Positions 40,950 through 50,489 are shown, numbered from the stretch's first letter. The stretch is 54,152 nt of DNA from Deltaproteobacteria bacterium (GCA_037440525.1 JBBITW010000004.1:1-54152), one strand, 5' to 3'. Numbers and translations: made by a program. Notes: generated by a model from the letters alone, not told the origin.

Positions 40950-41495
40950 CTAAATATCAATTAGAATTACCTTAACAGGCACTGCTGGAAAATGTCTTTT
41001 TAAACGCTCAATATCATAGATAAGTTGTTCTCCATACGAAACACCCGTGGACATCTGTTTATGCAATGGATGACAAGGCACAATCTCGACTCCAACATCT
41101 GCTTTATTCTCATTAAAAAAGTATTGAAATTTTGCCATGTCGTAAAACATGAAGGCGTATTTACCAAATTGTGCTTCAACAAGAACACGTTTTTTTACGA
41201 AATCAATTTGTTTAAAAGCACCTTTTATTTCTTTCTTATAATTTGGAATCGAAATAGTATATGTATCTCTTATCTCTCTATAACCAAGTTCTGTAAACCT
41301 TTGCTTAAATTTTTTGTTAAGTTCTTTAGGTGAATACAACAATCTTCCTGGCATTGTTTTTTCTTTACTTACCTTAGTTTTCTCTAATAAGGTAATCCCA
41401 GAGATAACTTTATCAATCTCCCTTTCAATCTCTGGATATCGAATTTTTAATATCTCACTATCACCCAGATGAGAATATTCATAAACCTTTCTCAT
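40950..41495 (-). CDS. type II restriction endonuclease, BglII/BstYI-like
   Basis: 181 aa. IDFVKKRVLVEAQF gives D-x8-E-x-Q, the BglII-type catalytic signature. The downstream ..SYGEQL....L.....VPVKVILI resembles my recollection of the BglII C-terminal half. It overlaps the methylase gene by 4 nt. Confidence 0.65.
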   Translation of the reverse strand: MRKVYEYSHLGDSEILKIRYPEIEREIDKVISGITLLEKTKVSKEKTMPGRLLYSPKELNKKFKQRFTELGYREIRDTYTISIPNYKKEIKGAFKQIDFVKKRVLVEAQFGKYAFMFYDMAKFQYFFNENKADVGVEIVPCHPLHKQMSTGVSYGEQLIYDIERLKRHFPAVPVKVILIDI

Positions 41496-42448
41496 TTTTT
41501 CGAGCCTTCCTGAATTTCCCCAAACTGCACATCGTTCTTAAGTAAGTTTAACTGTAAGGGTTTTTTTATTATAGAATATTTCCCTTGCCCTCCCCCTGGT
41601 AATTTCGGATTGTATATCGGCCTATCCATGGGTCTTGTTGCCAGTTGTCCACTTGATGCAAGCAATATCCTCTGCTTCCCCACTTTAATGTAATCGGGTA
41701 TGATTTCTGCTCCAACAGCTCTTCGTCCATGCTTAATAGCCGCTACAGCAGTTGTTCCTACACCCATGAATGGGTCAAGAACCCAATCATCTTTATCTGT
41801 CATTGATAAGATTAACCTTTCAACTAACTCTACAGGAAATTGACAAGGATGGATCGTTTTCTCTGGATGATTGCTTTTTACATTGGGGATTTCCCATAAA
41901 TCACCTGGATTTTTCCCCAATGGATTACAGGAATATTCTCCCTTTTTCGGCCCTTTGAAATATTTCTTACCGGGGTATTTTTGTGGCACCCTAACCAAAT
42001 CCAAATTGAATTTATATTTTTCTGATTTTGTAAACCAATTGATTGTCTCATATCTACCAGAGAATCTCCTTGAACAATGCAAGCCATGTTCGAAGTGCCA
42101 AATTATGCGATTTCTCAGTTTCAATCCCATTTCTTTAAAAATTGGGTATAAAGCCGTATCGAGGGGGATAATTTCACCGTTATTTACATAATTACCAACC
42201 TGCCAACAAATGTGTCCATTCTCTTTAAGAACTCTGTAACACTCCTTTATTATGGTGCTCTGCTGTTCTAAATAAGTCTCAAGATTAACCTTCTTTTCAT
42301 AAGGTTTTCCAATATTATAGGGAGGGGAAGTTACTACAAGTTGGATTGTATTATCAGGTATCTCAGTTAATAAGTCACGGCAATCCCCTTCAAAGAAAAC
42401 AACAATTTCCTTCTTATCAAAATGTTTTGCAATAATTATTTCTTTCAT
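41492..42448 (-). CDS. beta-class DNA methyltransferase (N4-cytosine or N6-adenine; the SPPY motif favours N4C)
   Basis: 318 aa. Motif IV TSPPYN is N-terminal to the SAM-binding motif I DPFMGVGTT, which is the beta-class order. Confidence 0.88.
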   Translation of the reverse strand: MKEIIIAKHFDKKEIVVFFEGDCRDLLTEIPDNTIQLVVTSPPYNIGKPYEKKVNLETYLEQQSTIIKECYRVLKENGHICWQVGNYVNNGEIIPLDTALYPIFKEMGLKLRNRIIWHFEHGLHCSRRFSGRYETINWFTKSEKYKFNLDLVRVPQKYPGKKYFKGPKKGEYSCNPLGKNPGDLWEIPNVKSNHPEKTIHPCQFPVELVERLILSMTDKDDWVLDPFMGVGTTAVAAIKHGRRAVGAEIIPDYIKVGKQRILLASSGQLATRPMDRPIYNPKLPGGGQGKYSIIKKPLQLNLLKNDVQFGEIQEGSKK

Positions 42449-42609
42449 AATTCTCTGTATGCGAAATTATAATTTTATTATTAAAGGTTTTAAACGGTTA
42501 AACCCGCATTTGAAATATTCAGTTTCACTTCTGAAATATTATAGCGGATATCATTTTTATATTAATAATAAGATATAAATGTGTCAATATGAAAACTTTT
42601 AAAATTATT

Positions 42610-42897
42610 TCATTCTTTTATCCTTCGGAGCTCCATAATTACTGGATTAAACGGATCAGGACAGGCAATGGTTGTTTTATCTTTATTTTCTTCCCATGGA
42701 TATTCTCCTCCATGCCTCAGAACACGCCATGAAGGAAAAATTGCATGAAATGCAGATGGACAAAGAGCCCTTGGATCTCCAGACATCCCTAAGGTGAAAT
42801 CCTGGCTCAGGTCAAACTCCTGACCTTCAAAATGTTTGGCAGCACAGCTTCCTTTAACTGAAATGACCTTTAAAATAACCTTTTCTGGATTTGCCAT
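42610..42897 (-). CDS. small Cys-rich protein, TIGR04076-like
   Basis: 95 aa with conserved-looking Cys contexts (KGSCAAKH, ALCPSAFHAI, IACPDPFNPV). The family assignment is from memory of the pattern. It has a strong SD (AAGGAGG). Confidence 0.6.
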   Translation of the reverse strand: MANPEKVILKVISVKGSCAAKHFEGQEFDLSQDFTLGMSGDPRALCPSAFHAIFPSWRVLRHGGEYPWEENKDKTTIACPDPFNPVIMELRRIKE

Positions 42898-42931
42898 AAA
42901 AAAGACCTCCTTTCAATTATGATTTATTTGC

Positions 42932-43093
42932 CTTAACCTAAGGCAATGATTAACCCAAAGAGAGCACCAAGTGCCACGCTCACGTAAGGGTTACATGTTA
43001 AGGCTCAAGAACTTCCGATATTCCTGCTAAGGTAACTTAAAACATATCCTCCAGAGCCACCCATTAATATGTATAAAAATACTTTAAGTACCA
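42932..43093 (-). pseudogene. 54-codon small membrane-protein ORF interrupted by one in-frame TGA (pseudogene or recoding candidate)
   Basis: AAGGAG SD, then ATG at 43093. My hand translation gives MVLKVFLYILMGGSGGYVLSYLSRNIGSS, then TGA (43004-43006), then ALTCNPYVSVALGALFGLIIALG and TAA. Both halves are hydrophobic and in the same frame. Confidence 0.35.
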
Positions 43094-43306
43094 TAGGAAT
43101 CTCCTTTTAGGATTGTAAAATTGAAGATTTAATTCATTTTCCCAATTTATTATAACCTATTATTTTAGAATCTTCAGAGATGGCTAAATTTTTTCGCTAT
43201 GGCACTTTAGAGATTTCAAATTATTAAAGTCGCTCAGTATAATAAACGATAAATAAGTGAAATAATTAAATAAATTATAAATATTATAATAATTATAATT
43301 TTTTTC

Positions 43307-43334
43307 TTGACAAATTTTTCTGCCCTGGTATAAA
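43307..43334 (+). promoter_or_regulatory. candidate sigma70 promoter for the GntR regulator, with an overlapping short inverted repeat
   Basis: TTGACA (43307-43312), 16-nt spacer, TATAAA (43329-43334). The inverted repeat tgccct...agggca (43321-43341) brackets the -10 element. Confidence 0.5.
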
Positions 43335-43344
43335 ATAGGGCAAA

Positions 43345-44157
43345 ATGCAAGGAATCAAAGGGATGAAAGAGGTCTCAATGTTCAAATCAGCCAGGTCAAA
43401 TAAAATTTCTGAACATATCATCGAACAAGTCCGAAAGGCAATCTTTGAAGGGAAATTAAAGCCGGGGGATAAGCTACCTCCTGAAAAGGAATTGATGAAA
43501 AATTTTAATGTAAGCAAAGCAACCCTAAGAGAAGCTTTACGTTCCTTAGAGGTATTGGGTTTTTTAGAAATTCGGAAAGGTGTCTCTGGAGGGGCATTTG
43601 TTACAGAAGTTGATATGAAAAAAGCAAGGGACTCTTTCATTAATTTCCTTCATTTCAAGAATCTTTCCATAAAAGATTTAACCGAAGTCCGCCTCCTCTT
43701 AGAGTCACACATTGCGGAAAAAGCTGCACTCGCTATTACCGAGGATGATTTAAGTAGATTAAAAAAGTTAATCGAAGAATGTGAATATGTTTTAAAACAT
43801 GACATCCCAATTGAACATAGAAAGAATGAGATTGAATTTCATCGAATTATTGGTAGTGTATCAGGAAACCCCATCCTGATGTTTATTCTCGATTTTGTTG
43901 AGAACCTTCTCATCGATACAAAAGAGATCTTACAACCTGGCAAAGAATTCTCACAGCGAGTATTAAATGCCCACAAACGTATTTATAAAGCTTTATCTGA
44001 GAGGGACAGTAAAAAAGTCCGCCAAGAGATGATCAAACACGTAAAAGAAGTAGAAAGAGACCTCATAGCTCTTCAGCAAAAAAGAGGCATAGAACACATG
44101 GATATTCAAAGGGTGTCGAAAAGGGAACATTTCCCTTTAAGAACAATGGAGGTTTAA
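43345..44157 (+). CDS. GntR-family transcriptional regulator (FadR/FCD subfamily)
   Basis: N-terminal winged HTH (LPPEKELMKNFNVSKATLREALRSLEVLGFLEIRKGVSGGAFV) and an all-helical C-terminal domain. The true start may be at 43363 or 43378. Confidence 0.88.
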   Translation: MQGIKGMKEVSMFKSARSNKISEHIIEQVRKAIFEGKLKPGDKLPPEKELMKNFNVSKATLREALRSLEVLGFLEIRKGVSGGAFVTEVDMKKARDSFINFLHFKNLSIKDLTEVRLLLESHIAEKAALAITEDDLSRLKKLIEECEYVLKHDIPIEHRKNEIEFHRIIGSVSGNPILMFILDFVENLLIDTKEILQPGKEFSQRVLNAHKRIYKALSERDSKKVRQEMIKHVKEVERDLIALQQKRGIEHMDIQRVSKREHFPLRTMEV

Positions 44158-44406
44158 GATTCTCCAATAGAAAAGAAGTATTCATTAGTGAAAACTCGGG
44201 ATAAAAATTCCTAAGGAATGTGTTTGGTAAGGAATGAAGGTTAAAGGCCAAATTATAGCTAAAATAGCTGAAAGGGGGTGATAGAAAAGATTTAAAGAGA
44301 TCGTAAAGAATAATGGAGTTAATTGGAGGTTAAGATCAGGTTTATGTGTAGAGAGTTTTTCAAACAACTTGAAAATTTTAAATTGTTATAGAGGGAGGTG
44401 AAGACC

Positions 44407-45663
44407 ATGAAATTAACGAAAAAAATAATATCGATAATAATTCCAATTGCAATAGCAGGAGTTGTTTTCTATATTCCTACAGTAACTGCTGCAAAACCAC
44501 TGAAAATTGGCCTCTTCGAACCTTTTACAGGAATGCCACTTAGTGCAGCTTTCTCTAAGGATGGATATGAACTTGCTATGTTGGATTGGGGTAAGGATAC
44601 AGCTGGAGGGAGAAAGATTGAACTACTTTATTATGATACAGAACTTAAACCAGAGATTGCGAAAAAGAAGGCAAGAGACGCTATATTAAAGGATGGGGTT
44701 GAAATCCTTATAGGTGAGGAAGCATCCTCTATTGAAATAACTCTGGGTATAGTCGCAAAAGAATCAGGTGCTTTCTGTGCGATAGGTAATGCTGTTGCAG
44801 ATTCTTTCACCATAGATAATTATTATAAAATTTATCCAAATGCTGTAGTTGCTGGAGGTTTTTCTACTAATCCAGTAAGAGGAATGGCCCTGTACATAAA
44901 AGATACTGCCCCACAGGGTGCTACCGTTACTGTTTTATCACCAAATTATGTATGGGGTTGGGATTGCTGGGATAGATTTAAAAAGGACATAAATAAGCTG
45001 AGACCAGATATTAAGATACTTCCAAAAGAAGCTGAAGCTTGGCCAAGGCTGGGTGAGAGAAACTTTGAGCCTTTTATAAGCTCTGTTTTGGCTAGAAAAC
45101 CTACTTATTTATTCTCTGCTCATTGGGGCGATGACGCAATAGCCGTCGTTAGACAAGCGAAAGCCATGGGAGCGTTCGAAAAGACAAAATGGATAATGTC
45201 CACAATGGCATGTGATGAATTTAGGGTGCTGGGTGCAAAGGACGCGATGAAAGGAGTTATATTTGGAGGATTTGGAGGTTATTGGTGGGAGGATCCAAAT
45301 CCTGTTATGCAAGATTTTGGAAAAAGGTGGTTTAAACGCTTTGGATATTACCCGGGTTATTCCAGTGCTACCGCTTATGCAGGTCTACATATAATACTTC
45401 AACTAATTGAAGCAACAAATGGATCCACAAAACCTGAAGATATTCTCAAAGTCATGTTCGATAGAAAGTGGGACTCGTTTGCTGGCAAAGTACCTATTAG
45501 AAAAATTGATCATCAACTGATGTTACCATACCAGGTTGGAGAAACAATGGTAATAGACCAACCACCTTATCATAGTCTTAAAAATATGAGAATATACTCT
45601 GGTGAAGAAGTATCACTTACCGCTGATGAACTTAACACTTTGAGGGCAGGAGTAAAAAAATAA
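44407..45663 (+). CDS. ABC transporter substrate-binding protein, Leu/Ile/Val-binding-protein-like (HAAT family)
   Basis: About 418 aa with an N-terminal signal/anchor and a type-I periplasmic binding protein pattern. It is followed by HAAT permease and ATPase genes. The ATG at 44407 lies 8 nt after GAGGGAGG. Confidence 0.8.
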   Translation: MKLTKKIISIIIPIAIAGVVFYIPTVTAAKPLKIGLFEPFTGMPLSAAFSKDGYELAMLDWGKDTAGGRKIELLYYDTELKPEIAKKKARDAILKDGVEILIGEEASSIEITLGIVAKESGAFCAIGNAVADSFTIDNYYKIYPNAVVAGGFSTNPVRGMALYIKDTAPQGATVTVLSPNYVWGWDCWDRFKKDINKLRPDIKILPKEAEAWPRLGERNFEPFISSVLARKPTYLFSAHWGDDAIAVVRQAKAMGAFEKTKWIMSTMACDEFRVLGAKDAMKGVIFGGFGGYWWEDPNPVMQDFGKRWFKRFGYYPGYSSATAYAGLHIILQLIEATNGSTKPEDILKVMFDRKWDSFAGKVPIRKIDHQLMLPYQVGETMVIDQPPYHSLKNMRIYSGEEVSLTADELNTLRAGVKK

Positions 45664-45679
45664 TACGAGACGCCAAAGG

Positions 45680-45721
45680 CCAAGCATAGCTCCTTTCTAA
45701 AAGAGGGGGAGCTATGCTTGG
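45680..45721 (+). terminator. perfect 14-bp stem-loop between the SBP and permease genes (attenuator/terminator or mRNA-stabilising hairpin)
   Basis: ccaagcatagctcc (45680-45693) pairs with ggagctatgcttgg (45708-45721) across a 14-nt loop. No clear U-tract follows. Confidence 0.55.
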
Positions 45722-45750
45722 TTCAATACTTACTTGCGAGATAATATTTT

Positions 45751-46647
45751 ATGGAAGATATTGCAATTCAATTATTGTTTGGGCTAGCCAGAGGATCTAC
45801 CCTTTTTTTAGTTGCTGTGGGATTGACGCTTATTTATGGTATGCTTAACGTCCTAAATTTTGCCCATGGTGTCCTATTTATGCTTGGGGGTTTTTTTTCA
45901 GTTTCTCTACTGAGCCTGCTTGGCCATTCCCAGCTCACTTTGTGGATAATACTTTTAATAATGGCACCTTTTTTTGTAACTTTAGTTGGTATCGGTTTTA
46001 AATTTTGGTTAATACCTGTCGTGAAAGGACCGCGAGAAATTACTGAAGTAAAGACGCTTATCTTCACAATCGGGATTGCAATGATATTTTCTGCTTTAGC
46101 GAGGACAGTGTGGGGAGCAGATGTTTACTCTTTCATTAAGCCATCATTAATAGCAGGCAATATTAATGTTTTAGGCCGGGCTATTCCAGCTTATGATTTT
46201 CTCCTTTTTGGCCTTGGGTTAGGAATAGGTCTATTTCTAATTTTTTTATTTTTCAAAACACCAACTGGAGTTCTCACTAGAGCTTATGCATTTGATGAAA
46301 GAATTGCATCTGCAATGGGTGTAGATACAGGTCGACTTTCCCTTATAATGTTTGCATTAGGAAGCTTTTTGGCAGGGCTTGGAGGTAGTTTAAACGCTTT
46401 AGTAGGTACTGTTGAGTTTCTTACATGGAAAAAAATAATATTAGAAGCATTTATTGTTGCAATCATAGGGGGACTGGGAAGTTTTCGTGGTGTATTAATC
46501 GGTGCCTTTCTTATAGGAATAATCGAATCTCTTGTTATTTTCTTTTTTGCACGCTTTGGACCCTGGATTAGTTGGATAGCTATTTATATAGTTTTTGTTA
46601 TTGTATTAATATTCAGACCGAAGGGGATTTTTGGTGGAAGGTTTTAG
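45751..46647 (+). CDS. HAAT-family ABC permease (LivH-like)
   Basis: 298 aa multi-TM protein, glycine-rich, with a LivH-like pattern (LNFAHG..., IGGLGSFRG). Confidence 0.85.
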   Translation: MEDIAIQLLFGLARGSTLFLVAVGLTLIYGMLNVLNFAHGVLFMLGGFFSVSLLSLLGHSQLTLWIILLIMAPFFVTLVGIGFKFWLIPVVKGPREITEVKTLIFTIGIAMIFSALARTVWGADVYSFIKPSLIAGNINVLGRAIPAYDFLLFGLGLGIGLFLIFLFFKTPTGVLTRAYAFDERIASAMGVDTGRLSLIMFALGSFLAGLGGSLNALVGTVEFLTWKKIILEAFIVAIIGGLGSFRGVLIGAFLIGIIESLVIFFFARFGPWISWIAIYIVFVIVLIFRPKGIFGGRF

Positions 46648-47581
46648 GAAGTTTACAAAAAAATTTCCTCAATTGTTCTTATGGATTATTTTAGCAGCCC
46701 TTTTGCTATTATTACCAACATTTCTCCCACTATATTATCTCATCCACACTATTGATGTTATCATTATAATTTTATTCGCAGTAAGTTTTAATTTGCTTTA
46801 TGGATATATGAAAGAAATTTCCTTTGGGCATGCAGGGTTTTTTGGATTAGGTGCATATACAATGGTTGTCTTAACAAAATACACCCAAGTTAATCTGTTC
46901 ACTGCTATGTTGATTGGTATGTTATTCGTATTGCTTTACGCTCTTCTTGTATCCCCTCTGGTTACAAGGCTATCAGGAATCTTTTTCGCCTTATGTAGCC
47001 TCGCATTTGGAGAGTTTATAGCAATCGTAGTGTGGTCAAGCAGAACACTCGGTGGAGATGTTGGATTACATTTTAGTATAATTACTTTACGAGAAATGAA
47101 GGTCTTTTACTATATTGTGCTCGCAATCGCATCTATTTGTATAATTATGATGTATAAAATTGTTAATTCCCCATTTAGTTTGGCTATAAGAGCTATAGGT
47201 GATAATATGAGTCGTGTTAAATGCATAGGGATTAAGGTGTCGAGATATAGGATAGCCATCTTTATAATATCAGCATTTTTTACAGGAATCGCAGGGTTAC
47301 TTTATTCCATTTTACATGGAATTGTGCATCCAAGAATTGCAAGTTGGGAAATGGTAACAAGTCCTCTTGTTGGGACTCTGCTTGGTGGGGCAGAAATTTT
47401 CAGTGGCCCCATTATTGGCACTGCAATTTATTACACTATTTATTGGCAAATAGGTGAAATTACATCTTATTGGGAGTATTTCACAGGTGCATTAATAATT
47501 ATTCTCGTTATATTTCTCCCGAAAGGTATTATGCCCACTTTTCTCACCCTATTGAAGCAAAAACTTAAAAAAGAACCATGA
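46631..47581 (+). CDS. HAAT-family ABC permease (LivM-like)
   Basis: 316 aa multi-TM protein (ISFGHAGFFGLGAY). It overlaps the end of the preceding permease gene. The start codon is uncertain (TTG or GTG). Confidence 0.82.
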   Translation: MVEGFRKFTKKFPQLFLWIILAALLLLLPTFLPLYYLIHTIDVIIIILFAVSFNLLYGYMKEISFGHAGFFGLGAYTMVVLTKYTQVNLFTAMLIGMLFVLLYALLVSPLVTRLSGIFFALCSLAFGEFIAIVVWSSRTLGGDVGLHFSIITLREMKVFYYIVLAIASICIIMMYKIVNSPFSLAIRAIGDNMSRVKCIGIKVSRYRIAIFIISAFFTGIAGLLYSILHGIVHPRIASWEMVTSPLVGTLLGGAEIFSGPIIGTAIYYTIYWQIGEITSYWEYFTGALIIILVIFLPKGIMPTFLTLLKQKLKKEP

Positions 47582-47645
47582 TAAAAATTTGGCTGCAAAT
47601 TTTATTAATGTTGTCTTTAATAAAAACTTATCTTGTTTATGCAGG

Positions 47646-47686
47646 TTGTATCAATAGCTGATAATTCAAGGAAAAGGTTGATACAA
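47646..47686 (+). promoter_or_regulatory. 9-bp perfect inverted repeat enclosing the SD of the first ATPase gene
   Basis: ttgtatcaa (47646-47654) pairs with ttgatacaa (47678-47686). The right arm ends on the A of the ATG, and the loop contains AAGGAAAAGG. Confidence 0.3.
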
Positions 47687-48423
47687 TGAGAGAAGTATTA
47701 AAAGGGATAAATCTTAGAAAAAGTTTTGGAGGGGTTCATGCAGTTGATAATGTTAGTCTTGAATTCAAAGAAAATGAAGTCTGTTCAATAGTAGGGCCTA
47801 ATGGTGCGGGGAAGACTACCTTAATAAATGTGCTGACTGATTTCATACCACTTGACGCTGGAAGACTTTATTTTATGGATGAAGACATATCACACTTGTC
47901 CGAAATAGGGAGAATAAAATTAGGGATTGCACGGAGTTTCCAGACACCAGCTTTATTTGAGAATTTAACAGCTATTGATAACTTAAGATTGGCAATTTTT
48001 GCTCGGATTGGAAAAAGTGGCCTACTCTTTAAAGATTATAGAAACTACACGCAGGTGTCAAGTGAAAGTATTGAGCTACTGGAGAAATTTAAAATCCCAA
48101 AAGATCGATTAGCAAAAGAATTCTCGCAAGGCCAAAGAAAACTACTTGATGTAGCAATCGCTCTTGCTTTAAAGCCGAAAGTCCTTTTTTTGGATGAACC
48201 AACTTCTGGCGTTAGTTCACAGGAAAAGCATGATATTATTAAAAGCATATTGAATGTTCAGAAGGAAAATAAACTAACAATAATAATGGTTGAACACGAC
48301 TTTGATATAGCTGAATATGCCTCAAGAACAATGGTTATGTATGAGGGAAAGGTAATAGGTGAAGGGAATCTCAATGAACTGCTTAAAGATTCCAAAATTA
48401 AAAACATTCTTTTAGGGAAATAA
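47686..48423 (+). CDS. HAAT-family ABC ATPase (LivG-like)
   Basis: 245 aa with Walker A GPNGAGKTT, signature-region SQGQRKLL and Walker B LFLDEPTSG. Confidence 0.88.
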   Translation: MREVLKGINLRKSFGGVHAVDNVSLEFKENEVCSIVGPNGAGKTTLINVLTDFIPLDAGRLYFMDEDISHLSEIGRIKLGIARSFQTPALFENLTAIDNLRLAIFARIGKSGLLFKDYRNYTQVSSESIELLEKFKIPKDRLAKEFSQGQRKLLDVAIALALKPKVLFLDEPTSGVSSQEKHDIIKSILNVQKENKLTIIMVEHDFDIAEYASRTMVMYEGKVIGEGNLNELLKDSKIKNILLGK

Positions 48424-48426
48424 GAT

Positions 48427-49065
48427 ATGTTAAAGATTGAAAAACTAAACGTTTATAGAGGTTATATACATGCCAATATAGATATATCTTTGGAGATAAA
48501 AAAAGGGGAGATGGTTGGGATTTTTGGCTCAAATGGTGCTGGTAAGACAACATTGCTCCAAAGTATTATGGGGTTGGTTCCTGTTGAATCGGGATCTATC
48601 TATTACAATGGTTTAGAAATTACTGCCTTTCCTCCTTATAAAATAGCAAGGCTTGGGATAGGTTATGTCCCAGAAGATAGAAGATTAATTGGTGAATTGA
48701 GAGTTAAAGAAAATATACTAATTCCCTGTTGGGGTAAAAAGGTATCACAAAGGGTAAAATTCAATACTTTTGAAGAGATCTTCCCAGGGATTAAAAAATT
48801 ATATGGGAAAAGTGCTGAATTTTGCAGTGGCGGAGAACAAATGCTTATAGCTATTTTCAGGGCTTTATCTTCTGGACCAGAATTTTTGCTGTTAGATGAA
48901 TGTTTTGAAGGATTGGGTGGAGTAGCACGTGAATCTTGGAAGGAATATCTATCTCAAGAGAGAAAAAATGGATTAAGCGGCTTAATTACAGAATCAAATC
49001 GTGCCTTTTTAACATGGTGCGATAAATTATATCAAATCGAAAGAGGAATTTTAAAACCATTATAA
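48427..49065 (+). CDS. HAAT-family ABC ATPase (LivF-like, divergent and short)
   Basis: 212 aa with Walker A GSNGAGKTT, SGGEQ and Walker B LLLDE. The context that follows is atypical (DECFEGLG rather than DEPS.GL). Confidence 0.8.
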   Translation: MLKIEKLNVYRGYIHANIDISLEIKKGEMVGIFGSNGAGKTTLLQSIMGLVPVESGSIYYNGLEITAFPPYKIARLGIGYVPEDRRLIGELRVKENILIPCWGKKVSQRVKFNTFEEIFPGIKKLYGKSAEFCSGGEQMLIAIFRALSSGPEFLLLDECFEGLGGVARESWKEYLSQERKNGLSGLITESNRAFLTWCDKLYQIERGILKPL

Positions 49066-49295
49066 TCTTAAGCTTATGTTAAGAAAAGTTTGCCTGTTAC
49101 CGATCAAGTTATGATCAAATCGTGGGCATTAAACTTTAATAAAATATTTACTGACCTGAGCCCAACAGAGACTCATTTGACAATTATAAAGATAACGCAA
49201 GATTGGAATTAAATGTTGTTTAAGATGAAAGATGGTTATTTTTATCATTCACATTCTTTAATACTATCCAGTTGATATTCATAGGGGAGGTTATT

Positions 49296-50465
49296 ATGTT
49301 ACCCATAAGGTCATTTTTTATTCCACCTGTTTTGATTATCGGATCTGGATCTTCCGAGAAGGTTGGAGAAGAGAGTAAGAAATTGGGAGTAAAAAAGGCC
49401 CTGATTGTTAGCGATCAGGTTATGGTTAAACTGGGGATTGTCGAAGTGATGAAGAGATCACTCAACCAGAATGAATTGCAATTTATAGTCTATGATGGAG
49501 TAGCTACTGAACCTACGGTTGACTATGTGAGGGAAGGTCTTAAAATTTTCAAAGATAATGGATGTGACTTCTTGATAGCCGTTGGAGGAGGAAGTCCCAT
49601 TGATACCGCAAAGGCCATAGCCATTATGGTGACTAATCCAGGATCTATCGAGGATTATAAAGGGTTGGGCAGGGTTTCAAAAGAAGGTGTTCCCCTAATT
49701 GCCATTCCAACAACTGCTGGAACAGGGAGTGAAGTTACTCAGTTTACCATAATTACCGACACAAAAACGAATGTGAAAATGCTGATCGGTAGTCCATTCA
49801 TCATCCCAAAGGTTGCTATTGTAGATCCACTTTTGACGCTTTCATCCCCTCGTAATCTAACAGCAGCCGTTGGGATTGATGCTCTCACTCATGCAATCGA
49901 GGCCTATGTCTCTATAAAGGCTCAACCCATGAGTGATATCTTTTGTATTTCGGCAATTGAATTGATCTCGGGCAGTTTAAGACAGGCCTGGGCAAATGGG
50001 AATAATGTAGAGGCAAGAGAAAAGATGATGCTCGGAGCCCTTCAGGCGGGGATCGCTTTTAGTAACTCATCAGTGGCTCTGGTTCATGGTATGTCAAGAC
50101 CCATTGGAGCCTATTTTCATGTGGCCCACGGGGCTTCAAATGCCGCTCTTTTAGGAGTGGTTACTGAATTTAGTCTTATTGGGAATCCAACGCGTTATGC
50201 TCACATCGCCAGGGCAATGGGAGAAAATATCACTGGTCTCACGGATCTCGAAGCCGCTCAGTTGGCTGCTAAGGCCATTAAGGCATTAATTAAAGATGTT
50301 CAGATTCCATCTTTAAGACAGCTTGGGGTTGAGAGAGAAAAGTTGGAACAGTTAGCTCCGAAAATGGCTGAGGATGCTATCGCCAGTGGTAGCCCAGGGA
50401 ATAATCCCCGCCAGGCAACAAAGGAAGAGATAGTAGAGCTTTACAAAATGGCCTATTCTCAATAA
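49296..50465 (+). CDS. iron-containing (group III) alcohol dehydrogenase
   Basis: GGGSPIDTAKA, the metal-ligand His cluster (DALTHAIEAY, VHGMSRPIG, HG.SNA). The ATG at 49296 follows GGGGAGG. Confidence 0.9.
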   Translation: MLPIRSFFIPPVLIIGSGSSEKVGEESKKLGVKKALIVSDQVMVKLGIVEVMKRSLNQNELQFIVYDGVATEPTVDYVREGLKIFKDNGCDFLIAVGGGSPIDTAKAIAIMVTNPGSIEDYKGLGRVSKEGVPLIAIPTTAGTGSEVTQFTIITDTKTNVKMLIGSPFIIPKVAIVDPLLTLSSPRNLTAAVGIDALTHAIEAYVSIKAQPMSDIFCISAIELISGSLRQAWANGNNVEAREKMMLGALQAGIAFSNSSVALVHGMSRPIGAYFHVAHGASNAALLGVVTEFSLIGNPTRYAHIARAMGENITGLTDLEAAQLAAKAIKALIKDVQIPSLRQLGVEREKLEQLAPKMAEDAIASGSPGNNPRQATKEEIVELYKMAYSQ

Positions 50466-50489
50466 ATTTTAAAAGGAGGACAGCAGATC

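Noticed and set aside
42932-43093. The in-frame TGA considered as evidence for an alternative genetic code (UGA read as Gly or Trp).
   Set aside because: Well-conserved genes in the same window terminate at TGA at the expected protein ends, for example gyrA at 13446-13448 and the radical-SAM gene at 5053-5055. UGA is therefore a normal stop here.
44185-44367. A 60-aa hydrophobic minus-strand ORF filling the GntR-SBP spacer.
   Set aside because: It has a TTG start and no SD. It lies antisense to the likely SBP promoter and leader. I see no supporting signal.
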